Source: an uncultured Lachnospiraceae bacterium (GTDB lineage: Bacteria > Bacillota > Clostridia > Oscillospirales > CAG-272). Taken from it: a stretch of DNA of 64,000 nt. Below are positions 17,784 to 26,637 of the stretch, piece after piece. The DNA lies in the NCBI GenBank assembly GCA_964514555.1, contig CAZERM010000001.1:9682-73681 (forward strand), read 5' to 3'. The notes beneath the pieces are model-generated. The model saw only the letters and a list, made by a program, of their open reading frames with translations, searched no databases and was not told where the DNA came from. The translations under genes and the position numbers were made by a program. Each line of letters starts with the position of its first letter. The stretch's first letter is position 1.

Positions 17784-18477
17784 AACTCGCGGATACAAAA
17801 AGCTCATCTCCCTCTTTATCCTGATCATAATGATACCGCTCGTGGCGATAATCGGCGTAAAACTTTTTGCCGACAGAAAATATAACATTATCTCAATAAT
17901 AGTTGCGTTTCTTTCCTGCGCTCCGTTTTTTGTGCGATTTGAAAAAAACAAGAGCAGTTCGGGCGAGATGGTCATAATATCGGTTATGACTTCGCTCTCG
18001 GTCATCGGCAGATTGATGTTTGCGCCCATACCTGCGTTCAAGCCTGTCTCCGCAATAGTGATAATAACGGGCGCTTCGCTTGGTGCGGAAGCAGGATTTA
18101 TGGTCGGCAGTCTTTCGGCAATAATTTCGAATATATTCTTCGGGCAAGGTCCGTGGACACCGTTTCAAATGTTCGTGTGGGGCATGATAGGCTTCATATC
18201 GGGCTTGATATTCCGCAAAAACATAAAGCCGAATAAAATAGCGCTTGCGCTGATGGGTGCTTTCGGCGGCGTGATGTTCTCAATGATGATGGATATATGG
18301 ACGGTCTTGTCGCTCGACGGCGCTTTCGTTTGGCAACGATATTTTGCAAGCGTTGCTTCAAGCTTGCCTGTCATGGCGATCTACTCCGTTTCGAACGTGA
18401 TATTTCTTTTGATATTGGCTCGCCCTTTCTGCGAAAAGCTGACACGTATAAAAATAAAATACGGTTATTTTGCTTGA
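17776..18477 (+). CDS. Putative ECF transporter substrate-specific (S) component, substrate unknown
   Basis: 233-aa protein with about 6 TM helices, translationally coupled (8-nt overlap) to the ATPase gene. Confidence 0.6.
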   Translation: MNKTRGYKKLISLFILIIMIPLVAIIGVKLFADRKYNIISIIVAFLSCAPFFVRFEKNKSSSGEMVIISVMTSLSVIGRLMFAPIPAFKPVSAIVIITGASLGAEAGFMVGSLSAIISNIFFGQGPWTPFQMFVWGMIGFISGLIFRKNIKPNKIALALMGAFGGVMFSMMMDIWTVLSLDGAFVWQRYFASVASSLPVMAIYSVSNVIFLLILARPFCEKLTRIKIKYGYFA

Positions 18478-18490
18478 ACCGAGCAAACAA

Positions 18491-18522
18491 AAAAGGATAT
18501 TGCTTTTTGGCAATATCCTTTT
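18491..18522. terminator. Bidirectional hairpin terminator
   Basis: AAGGATATTGC-loop-GCAATATCCTT, flanked by an A-run and a T-run. The same stem recurs at 36508-36535. Confidence 0.75.
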
Positions 18523-18531
18523 ATTTTTATA

Positions 18532-19224
18532 TTATTTGAAAAGCGTTTCGCCGTCTTCGAGGTATACTGCAACACGGCAAGATTCTTCTTCCGCATCGGC
18601 AAATACTTCGGGCATAGCTTTTGCAAGCGTTTCGCCGATATATTTCGGATTTACGAATGCAAATTCATCGCAAGAAAGCTTTGCGTTTATCGTAAGGATG
18701 TTTCCGTCAAGGTTTGCGTTGCAGAAACAGATGCCTTTTGCGATATCCACCTGTTTGGGTTCGCCTTTTTTGCTGAATTTTTCAATTATTATCTCATCTG
18801 CGCCGAGTATATCTTTTGCTTTTTCGCAGATATCTTCGGGGATATCGTGCATAAGCTCAAATTTTATCTCATAAAGGCTCCATTTGATGTCGCGGAAATG
18901 AGATTCGGGCGCATAACATTCGATAGCGCGAAGTCCTTTGGGGAAAGAAGCATTGAGCTTGTCGATTATCTCCTGCGGTTCAACTTCTTCTATCATCTTG
19001 AAATCCATAAATTCCGTGAGGCTGGAAACACCGACGGAAAGAGGGGGCGTGAACGCTACTCTCGGGTGAGGATTGAAACCTTCCGTATACCAAAAAGGAA
19101 GCTTGCTTCTTATAAATACGGACTGCATCGTGCGGTTAAGATCAAGGTGGGAAATAAATTTAAGGCTTCCCGTCTTGGAAAATTTAACACGTACTTTTAT
19201 ATCTGTTTTTGGTCCTTTGTTCAT
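18532..19224 (-). CDS. TIGR03936-family radical SAM-associated protein (DUF2344)
   Basis: VRVKFSKTGSLKFISHLDLNRT...GFNPHPRV signature. Start set at ATG 19222-19224, which forms an ATGA overlap with the upstream stop. Confidence 0.75.
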   Translation of the reverse strand: MNKGPKTDIKVRVKFSKTGSLKFISHLDLNRTMQSVFIRSKLPFWYTEGFNPHPRVAFTPPLSVGVSSLTEFMDFKMIEEVEPQEIIDKLNASFPKGLRAIECYAPESHFRDIKWSLYEIKFELMHDIPEDICEKAKDILGADEIIIEKFSKKGEPKQVDIAKGICFCNANLDGNILTINAKLSCDEFAFVNPKYIGETLAKAMPEVFADAEEESCRVAVYLEDGETLFK

Positions 19225-21062
19225 ATTTTCGGGCAACATGATCTTTCACCTCCGAGCTTGTTTGCGCCGCAACCGCTGCACTGCATACGGCAGTTGGGCG
19301 TTGTTTTTGCTTCATATGCCTTGTGGCGTTCGCGCAAAAGAAATGCTTTTGTAACGCCGATGTCGATATTGTCCCAAGGGAGTATCTCGTCTTCGCCGAA
19401 TGCACGGTTTGCGTAGAACGCAGGGTCTATGCCGCAATCTTTGAATACTTCCATCCACTTGTCATAGTCGAAAAATTCTTCCCAACCGTCAAGTCTGATG
19501 CCGCGTTTCTGCGCTTCGAGCAATGCTTTGCAAAGTTTTCTGTCGCCGCGAGCAAAGATAGCTTCGATGCGGCTTACTTTTGCATCGTGATAGTTATATT
19601 TTATCTTTCTGTTTGTAACTTTACCCGTGAGGTATTTCTGCTTGCGCTGTAATTCTTCAAGGTCGCACTGCGCTTCCCACTGGAAAGGCGTGAACGGTTT
19701 GGGAATAAAGCAAGCCGCAGAAAGCGTTACCTGAGGAGATTTGCGCGGACGGTCGGGCGTTGCGTAATATTCGTTGATAACGCTTTCCGCAAGTTCGTTG
19801 ATACCGTCAAGGTCTTCGTCCGTTTCAGTGGGCAAGCCCTGCATGAAATAGAGTTTTACCTGGGATTTGCCGCCCTCGAAAGCTACGCGGCAAGCGCGGA
19901 GAAGGTCGGGTTTTTCAACATTCTTGTTGATAACATCGCGAAGTCTTTGTGTACCTGCTTCGGGCGCAAATGTGATACCGCCCGTGCGGATGGTGGATAT
20001 CTTATCCATAAGCTCTTTTGTAAAGCTGTCTACACGGAGCGAGGGAAGGTTGAGAGAGATCTTTCTGTCATCTGTCCAAGAAAGGAGCATATCCGTAAGC
20101 TTTTCTATGCAGGTGTAGTCGCTGATGGAGAGAGAGGAAAGGGACATTTCCGCGTAACCTGTTGCATCGGCAAGCACTTTTGCCTGTTCGTTGAGCACTT
20201 CGGGTGTCTTTTCTCTTACAGGGCGATATACCATACCTGCCTGACAGAAACGGCAACCGCGAATACAGCCGCGGTATACTTCAAGCACAATTCTGTCCTG
20301 AACAGTCTGGATAAACGGCATAACAAGATTTTTGGGGAACGGAGCCTTGTCCATATCCTTTACTATTCTCTTGCGTACCTTTGCGGGAACATCGTCATAT
20401 TTGGGTGTGAAGCTCTTTATCGTGCCGTCTTCGTTGTATTCAACATCGTAAAGAGAAGGAACGTACATACTTTCCTGATGTGATATCTCGCGCAAGAATG
20501 CCGCACGGTCAAATCCCATCGCTTTATGCTTCTTGTATATCTCAACGAGTTCGGGAAGCTCATCCTCGCCCTCGCCGATAAGGCAGATATCAATAAAATC
20601 AGCCATAGGTTCGCTGTTATATGTGCAAGGACCGCCGCAAACGATGATAGGATCGTCGTTTGCTCTCTTTGCGCTTTCAAGCTCTATGCCCGCAAGGTCG
20701 AGCATATTGAGCATATTGGTGTAGCAAAGCTCATATTGGAGCGAAAATCCGACGATGTCGCATTCTTTAAGGGGCGTGCCGCTCTCTATCGTGCAAAGAG
20801 GGATGTTATGTTCACGCATCTGCGCTTCCATGTCCGCCCAAGGCGCGTAAACTCGCTCGCACCATGTGTCCTCGCGTTCGTTGAGGATGTTGTAGAGTAT
20901 TCTTATGCCGAGGTTCGACATACCGATCTCATATGTATCGGGGAAACCGAACGCAAAGCGTACATCTACGCTTTTGGGGTCCTTTATCACTTCTCCCCAT
21001 TCGCCGCCCGTATATCGGCCCGGCTTTTCAACCTTTTTGAGTATACTTTCAGGTATTTTCAA
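19221..21062 (-). CDS. TIGR03960-family B12-binding-domain radical SAM protein
   Basis: CxxxCxxC in GCIRGCRFCQAG and an N-terminal KPGRYTGGEWG motif. TTG start 10 nt after AAAGGA. Confidence 0.8.
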   Translation of the reverse strand: MKIPESILKKVEKPGRYTGGEWGEVIKDPKSVDVRFAFGFPDTYEIGMSNLGIRILYNILNEREDTWCERVYAPWADMEAQMREHNIPLCTIESGTPLKECDIVGFSLQYELCYTNMLNMLDLAGIELESAKRANDDPIIVCGGPCTYNSEPMADFIDICLIGEGEDELPELVEIYKKHKAMGFDRAAFLREISHQESMYVPSLYDVEYNEDGTIKSFTPKYDDVPAKVRKRIVKDMDKAPFPKNLVMPFIQTVQDRIVLEVYRGCIRGCRFCQAGMVYRPVREKTPEVLNEQAKVLADATGYAEMSLSSLSISDYTCIEKLTDMLLSWTDDRKISLNLPSLRVDSFTKELMDKISTIRTGGITFAPEAGTQRLRDVINKNVEKPDLLRACRVAFEGGKSQVKLYFMQGLPTETDEDLDGINELAESVINEYYATPDRPRKSPQVTLSAACFIPKPFTPFQWEAQCDLEELQRKQKYLTGKVTNRKIKYNYHDAKVSRIEAIFARGDRKLCKALLEAQKRGIRLDGWEEFFDYDKWMEVFKDCGIDPAFYANRAFGEDEILPWDNIDIGVTKAFLLRERHKAYEAKTTPNCRMQCSGCGANKLGGERSCCPKI

Positions 21063-21089
21063 TTTATTTATTTCCTTTCGTTGAATTAT

Positions 21090-24000
21090 TTATTTTATCT
21101 TTTTAACTCTGCAAACAGCGTGCATCTTGCAATATTCGCACGCTTCCGCTTCGCAAGGTCTTGCATCTGCTTTTCCCGAGCGAAGCTCATCGGAAGCACG
21201 GAGCACCGCTTCTATAACGCTTTTTTTAAGCTCGTCAAACGCTTTTTCCGCAACGACGCAACCTTTCTTTTTGCCGCCCTTGCCCAATGACACGGGGATA
21301 TATTTTCCCTCGAGCGACGGCTCCATGGCGGTAAGCACCGCATCGTCGTCGAGCAAAAGACCGCTGTTTTTGTTTTTTTCTTCCGCAGGCTCTACGCCAA
21401 GGTCAACATTTTCCGCCGCAGGCTTTACGGAAACATAAAGCACACCTGCCGGCGAAGGATCTTTGCCGTATCTTCTCTTGCCGTTCTCGCATATCGAGAA
21501 AAGGTACAAGAGCATCTGCAGATCTCGCCCTGCCTCGATATTTTTGAGGTCGAACTTCTTGCTGCCTGTTTTGTAGTCGGCAACGCGGATGTATAATTTG
21601 CCGTTGCCGTCCTCGAACGTGTCCACACGGTCAACCTTGCCGCGAAGCTCGACGCTTCCGTTTTCGTTTTTGAGCTTTATCGGCTCTATATCCGCGCCCT
21701 TGCCGATGACGATCTCGTAATCGTGCGGCGCAAAACTGCTCTGCTTAAATTCCTCTTTGATACGAAATACAAATTTCTCCGAGGAATGGCAAAGATGATC
21801 CGTCAAGTGCATCAATCGCGGCGATATCTCCGCGTATTTTTCACGGCACAAGCTCTCTATATAAGCTCGGCAGACCTCTTTTATCTCCGTGCGTGTCTCT
21901 TCGTCCGTCGCATCGGGTCTTGAAAGAGCGTGTCTTACCGTAACTTCCAATATTTTATGAATAAAATTACCTATATCGACAGCACCGAATTTAACAGGCG
22001 AATTATCCTTTAATTTAAGCTCATATTCGCAAAAATAAGAAAAATTGCATACGATATATTTTTCAAGCCTCGAATAGCTGGTGTTCATATTCGAGGGGAA
22101 TATCTTTTTCGCCTCGTCAACGGGTATCCTGCAATAATGCGACGAAAGCGGCATGGATATATACTTCATCTTGTCCGCATATTCCGCCGTATTTGAAAAA
22201 TGATCCGCAAGCGCACGGGAAAGTGCGCTGTTCTTCTGCATTATATATTCAAAAGAGGCGCTTTCGCGTTCGATGCGCTCGTATTTCGGCGTATCCTCGA
22301 AACATTCCTCTTTTATCTTGGGGAACATCTCCTCAACGCTCAAAAGCGCAGGCGAACGCCTTGTTTTTTTGCCGGAACCGTCGTAAACGTGGTATGTTAT
22401 GCAAAGCTCCTCAGACGGCGCACAAGTCGCACCGTAAAAATAATAAAGCTCATCGCATATCCTGCGCTCGACGGTCGATGTTATCTCAACACCGCATTCG
22501 GCGAGCATCTCTTTTTCCTTGTCTGAAAAGAGTCCGTTGTCCTCCACTCTTGCGGGGAAACTTCCCTCGCAAGCGCCCATGACATATGCCGTTTTTGTGT
22601 AAGCATAGCCGCCTGCGGAAGCATCGTATACCGTTACTTCGTCAAGGGATGTCGGTATCTTGCCTATGTCCGTTTCGGAGAGCACCAATCGTAAAAGCGA
22701 GGTGAATTCCGCGGCGTTTACTTCCGTTTCGGAGCTTGCGCCGACGAGCGCATCAAGCACTTCGCAGAACACGGCAAAAAGCTGGGAAAGTTCTGCGGCG
22801 AGCGCTTTTTCACCGCGAGCCGCGGCATTTTTTGCGTCAGTTTTTATCTTTTCGGGCGCGCCCATGGAAACGGCAAAATTATATAATTTCTCGCAAAAAT
22901 ACTTCACGCTGTGTCTGCCTGAAATGTCATCGCAGAACGCGCGGAGCGGAGCTATCGCCTTTTCCCTTATGCGGGCCAGATCGCAAAGTTTTTGTGCACC
23001 CTGCTCCGTTATCTCGCCGACAAAGCCGTCAGGGTTCATGTTCCATTCGTAATCATCGTAAAAACGAGAGCCGCTTATGCTCCATTTACGCACATAATTT
23101 TCAAAAAGATTTATCTCGTCGGGCGAAATGCCCGCAAAATCCGTTTTTATATAAGATATCACAAGCTCTTTTGAAAATCCCCTTTCACATATGGCAAGCG
23201 CCGAAAGTATAAATTTCAAAAATGCTCTCTCTGTTATATCCGTGCGCGAAGATATGAAATACGGTATACCGTATTTTTTCATCATCGCATCTATAACGCC
23301 CATGTAACCGTCCGTATTGCGGACGATAACGGCAATATCTCGGTATCTTGCGCCACCGCGCACTTTTCGTGCGATATCAAGGCATACAGCCTCGCTCTCC
23401 GAAAAAGCATTGGAAGCGTACATAACTCGGATATGTTCGGGGGCGTTTTCATATATGCCCTTTACATAGCCGTTGCCGGGGAAAAGATTTCGCGAAAGGA
23501 ACGAAAGCTCCTCGTTTTGAAACCTTCTGCCGTCCAAAAGCACTGTGTCCTCGCCGATCTCGGCGCCCGATTCATCCGCCACTTTGCGAAGGCGCTTGTT
23601 CGTATCGGCAATACCGAAAAAGCACGGCGTGTGCTTATCCTCGGAGGGGACGAACGGCACCGTTATATAAACATTGTCTGCGGAGCGGATGATGAGCTTC
23701 ACCGTCTCCAACTGCTCTTTCGAAAACGACACGAACGAATCTATATAAACATCGCAACCGTGAAAAAAGTCGTTTTCCGAAAGCGCCTTGTTCATTTTCG
23801 ATATCATGCCGTCGGGGTCTGCAAATCGTGCGCTTATCTCCGCATCAAATGCAGAAAAAATAAAAGCCATATCGGCAAATTTCTTTCCTGCTTCGCCGCC
23901 GTTCTTTTCGGCGGCACGCTCCAACAGAGCAGGGGGCGCGGCAGAGCGAGAAAGCTCCGTTCGCATATCGATAAGTCTTTCCGTTGCGGCGGTATCTGCC

Positions 24001-24317
24001 GCAGATATATTTTTATATGAATTCAAAAATCCCGAAAGGGCGCGCAAAGTGTTGTGCATCATTACTTTTTTTGCGCCGCGCGAGATATAGTTTTCGCATA
24101 TGCCGCCGTATTTTCTGAAGACGAAGTTGCAAAGTCGGCGAAATGTTACAACATCTATGTCGCCCGCATTTTTCGCGGCGGCAAAGCGCGTTTCCGCCAA
24201 TACGGCGGCTCTGTCGGGCACGAGCACGAAAATATGCTTATTTTCGGTATTTGCGGCGCTCTCATATATATATGTGCTTTTTCCGCAGCCTGTTCTGCCG
24301 TATATAAACCTTACCAT
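21090..24317 (-). CDS. addB: Helicase-exonuclease AddAB subunit AddB
   Basis: Walker A GRTGCGKST at the N-terminus, a C-terminal PD-(D/E)XK motif (VADYKTG) and Fe-S cysteines (C..CEYC.....C). 1075 aa. Confidence 0.8.
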   Translation of the reverse strand: MVRFIYGRTGCGKSTYIYESAANTENKHIFVLVPDRAAVLAETRFAAAKNAGDIDVVTFRRLCNFVFRKYGGICENYISRGAKKVMMHNTLRALSGFLNSYKNISAADTAATERLIDMRTELSRSAAPPALLERAAEKNGGEAGKKFADMAFIFSAFDAEISARFADPDGMISKMNKALSENDFFHGCDVYIDSFVSFSKEQLETVKLIIRSADNVYITVPFVPSEDKHTPCFFGIADTNKRLRKVADESGAEIGEDTVLLDGRRFQNEELSFLSRNLFPGNGYVKGIYENAPEHIRVMYASNAFSESEAVCLDIARKVRGGARYRDIAVIVRNTDGYMGVIDAMMKKYGIPYFISSRTDITERAFLKFILSALAICERGFSKELVISYIKTDFAGISPDEINLFENYVRKWSISGSRFYDDYEWNMNPDGFVGEITEQGAQKLCDLARIREKAIAPLRAFCDDISGRHSVKYFCEKLYNFAVSMGAPEKIKTDAKNAAARGEKALAAELSQLFAVFCEVLDALVGASSETEVNAAEFTSLLRLVLSETDIGKIPTSLDEVTVYDASAGGYAYTKTAYVMGACEGSFPARVEDNGLFSDKEKEMLAECGVEITSTVERRICDELYYFYGATCAPSEELCITYHVYDGSGKKTRRSPALLSVEEMFPKIKEECFEDTPKYERIERESASFEYIMQKNSALSRALADHFSNTAEYADKMKYISMPLSSHYCRIPVDEAKKIFPSNMNTSYSRLEKYIVCNFSYFCEYELKLKDNSPVKFGAVDIGNFIHKILEVTVRHALSRPDATDEETRTEIKEVCRAYIESLCREKYAEISPRLMHLTDHLCHSSEKFVFRIKEEFKQSSFAPHDYEIVIGKGADIEPIKLKNENGSVELRGKVDRVDTFEDGNGKLYIRVADYKTGSKKFDLKNIEAGRDLQMLLYLFSICENGKRRYGKDPSPAGVLYVSVKPAAENVDLGVEPAEEKNKNSGLLLDDDAVLTAMEPSLEGKYIPVSLGKGGKKKGCVVAEKAFDELKKSVIEAVLRASDELRSGKADARPCEAEACEYCKMHAVCRVKKIK

Positions 24318-24335
24318 TTTTACACCTTGCTTCGT

Positions 24336-25046
24336 TTAAAAAATCTTTATAATATCGTTTTTTCCGCTTTTGGTCATAGCTTTTATCAAAATAAAGTAAA
24401 AGCTTGCATGTATGAAATATATTCCCTCGTCGTATTTATGCGCCGAGTTGAAATTGCAAAGTTTTGGCGAGTTCGTAACAATAAAGACGGTCGCGCCGTC
24501 ATCCGCAAATTTGTGCACGGTCTTATAAAAGATGCCGTTTTTTCGAGGAACACGGCGCAAAAACATAAAGTATGTCTTTTTGCCGTTACTCTCTTGCATT
24601 ATCTTCTTACACAAAAAGTTATGCGAATATATCGAAACAGCGCTTACTATCGCCGTTAAAACGAGCGTTACGGGCAACAATACGAGCACCGTACCAAATG
24701 TCAACAAAGATTGGATGGATATGCCGAGTATCGCGAGTATCACAACGAGATTATTCCATATCTTGGACGCGGAAAAGAATTTACGCAAGGCAAAAAATAT
24801 CCTGTCGTACACCCTGTAAACGTGTGTCAAGCGAAAGCGCGACAACAGATATGAAAAATATGAGCTTGATTCGTTGATATCGTCCATCCTCATAAAAAAT
24901 TCTCTGTCTCTCGGTATACGCTTCGTTTCCTTGGGCGATACCGTTTCCAAACGGTGCACAAGATAAGCGTTTTCTCGTTTGAGTCGTCTGTTTTCCCATT
25001 TGAGCTTTGTCAGTTCTCGCTCTTGTTCATTTTTATTTTTAGCCAA
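24336..25046 (-). CDS. Hypothetical membrane protein with an N-terminal coiled-coil segment
   Basis: TTG start 7 nt after GGAGGT. A charged N-terminus (KLKWENRRLKRENAYL) is followed by two TM helices. No family recognised. Confidence 0.5.
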   Translation of the reverse strand: MAKNKNEQERELTKLKWENRRLKRENAYLVHRLETVSPKETKRIPRDREFFMRMDDINESSSYFSYLLSRFRLTHVYRVYDRIFFALRKFFSASKIWNNLVVILAILGISIQSLLTFGTVLVLLPVTLVLTAIVSAVSIYSHNFLCKKIMQESNGKKTYFMFLRRVPRKNGIFYKTVHKFADDGATVFIVTNSPKLCNFNSAHKYDEGIYFIHASFYFILIKAMTKSGKNDIIKIF

Positions 25047-25063
25047 AAACTTTACCTCCGCAT

Positions 25064-25531
25064 TTATTCATCAAAAAGCGAACATTCTTTTTCCATAATA
25101 AAATAATTGAGGGGAATACCGGCGCGTGTGGCGATCTGTTCCTTTACAACGGAATATCCGCGCGCCAAAAAGAACGGTCTTGCCGTTACGGAGGCGTGAA
25201 CGGTTATCTTGCCCTCCCAAAAATTTTGCTCGAGCATATCGCAGATAGCCGTTGCTATGCCGCGCCGCAGGTAATCCTTGTGAACATACAGCTTATCCAA
25301 ATATCCTGTCTTGTCGATATCTCCAAAGCCGACAACAACGCCTTCCTCAAGCGCAACGAGCGTGTAATGCTCCGTAAATGCTTTATCCCATGCCTCAAGG
25401 TCAACTTCCCCCGTTGCCCAGGCGTTAAGCTGTTCTTCTGTATAGTCTGCGGAGTTTACGGCGTGTACCGTTTCATAGAAGAGCCGTGCCATTCCTTCGC
25501 AATCGGTCTGTTTGTAGCTTCTGATAATCAT
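25064..25531 (-). CDS. GNAT family N-acetyltransferase
   Basis: 155 aa with motif A LRRGIATAI. Confidence 0.8.
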   Translation of the reverse strand: MIIRSYKQTDCEGMARLFYETVHAVNSADYTEEQLNAWATGEVDLEAWDKAFTEHYTLVALEEGVVVGFGDIDKTGYLDKLYVHKDYLRRGIATAICDMLEQNFWEGKITVHASVTARPFFLARGYSVVKEQIATRAGIPLNYFIMEKECSLFDE

Positions 25532-25571
25532 TAAGTTACCCTCGGTTTAAAAATTTAAAAGTCTTTTTTTA

Positions 25572-26390
25572 TTATTTTTCGAAAATCTCAAGGTTTCGCA
25601 ATATGGTATTCTTTCCTCGCCAAGCAAACGCGCGCGAACGGAACGTGTCTTTATCCATCGCCTCGACTGTTTCCGTGGTAAGATCTACTATCCTGTCTGT
25701 TCTGAAAAATTCAACAGGTGTGCTGTTTCCTTCTGCTATCGCCTTTTTTGTATAAGGGCAAACGGCGGAGCAGATGTCGCAACCCCAAGCGGAACCGTAT
25801 TTGAGTATATAAGCCGTTTCCTCGGGCGACAATTCGCCCTTTTTCTGCGTTACCGCGGAAAGGCAATCAAGCCCTTCTCTCATCATCGGGCAAGCGTTTC
25901 TGCAAGCGCCGCAGTGGATACAGCTCTTCGGCTCATACGATGCATTCGGGTCGCAACCGAGCACCTCCGGCGCAGCATCGGAAAGTATCTCTCCGATGAA
26001 AACGAATGAGCCGTATTTTTCATTTATTATAAGTCCGTTATCGCCCATGAGTCCAAGACCCGCGCATGAGGCGGCGTGTACTTCGCTTATAGCCGATTTA
26101 TCGGCAAAGCCCCAAAAACGCGCACCGTATTTTTTTTCCAAACGCGGAACGATATCGGCATAAAGCTTTTCAAAAAATATATGATAATCATGTGCGCGCG
26201 CATAAACGGAGATGTTTCCCTTTCCGTCGTCCGCGCAATAATAAGGAACAAGGAAAAGTATCGCGCTCTTTATTTCCGAGACGTCAACGCCTCGGCGCGT
26301 TATTATATCCTCCGCAAAAATGCGGCATACGGAAAAAGGAAGCGCTTTCACATATTTCACACCATAGTCATTAAAAAATTCACGAAACAT
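25572..26390 (-). CDS. Epoxyqueuosine reductase QueG-like 4Fe-4S protein
   Basis: Two ferredoxin-type motifs, CIHCGACRNACP and CDICSAVCP, follow a DUF1730-like N-domain. It is shorter than canonical QueG. ATG 26388-26390 is preferred over the TTG at 26432. Confidence 0.55.
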   Translation of the reverse strand: MFREFFNDYGVKYVKALPFSVCRIFAEDIITRRGVDVSEIKSAILFLVPYYCADDGKGNISVYARAHDYHIFFEKLYADIVPRLEKKYGARFWGFADKSAISEVHAASCAGLGLMGDNGLIINEKYGSFVFIGEILSDAAPEVLGCDPNASYEPKSCIHCGACRNACPMMREGLDCLSAVTQKKGELSPEETAYILKYGSAWGCDICSAVCPYTKKAIAEGNSTPVEFFRTDRIVDLTTETVEAMDKDTFRSRAFAWRGKNTILRNLEIFEK

Positions 26391-26637
26391 AAAAATATAT
26401 GCCCCCTTTTCTCGGCAGTTGATTTTATCCAAAATTTATGATATAATAACCCTTGCACATTAAAATAATATTAAAAATCTTGTTTTTTATTCAATACGCA
26501 ATTATATCTTAATATTTATATTTTATCAAATTTTTCGCCATAAAGCAACCCCCAGCGCTTTCTAAAGCAAAAAAAGGCGAAAAAAGGCTTTTATTTTTTT
26601 AAAGCCGCTCAAATCTTTTTATCTGAAGGAGTCAAAT

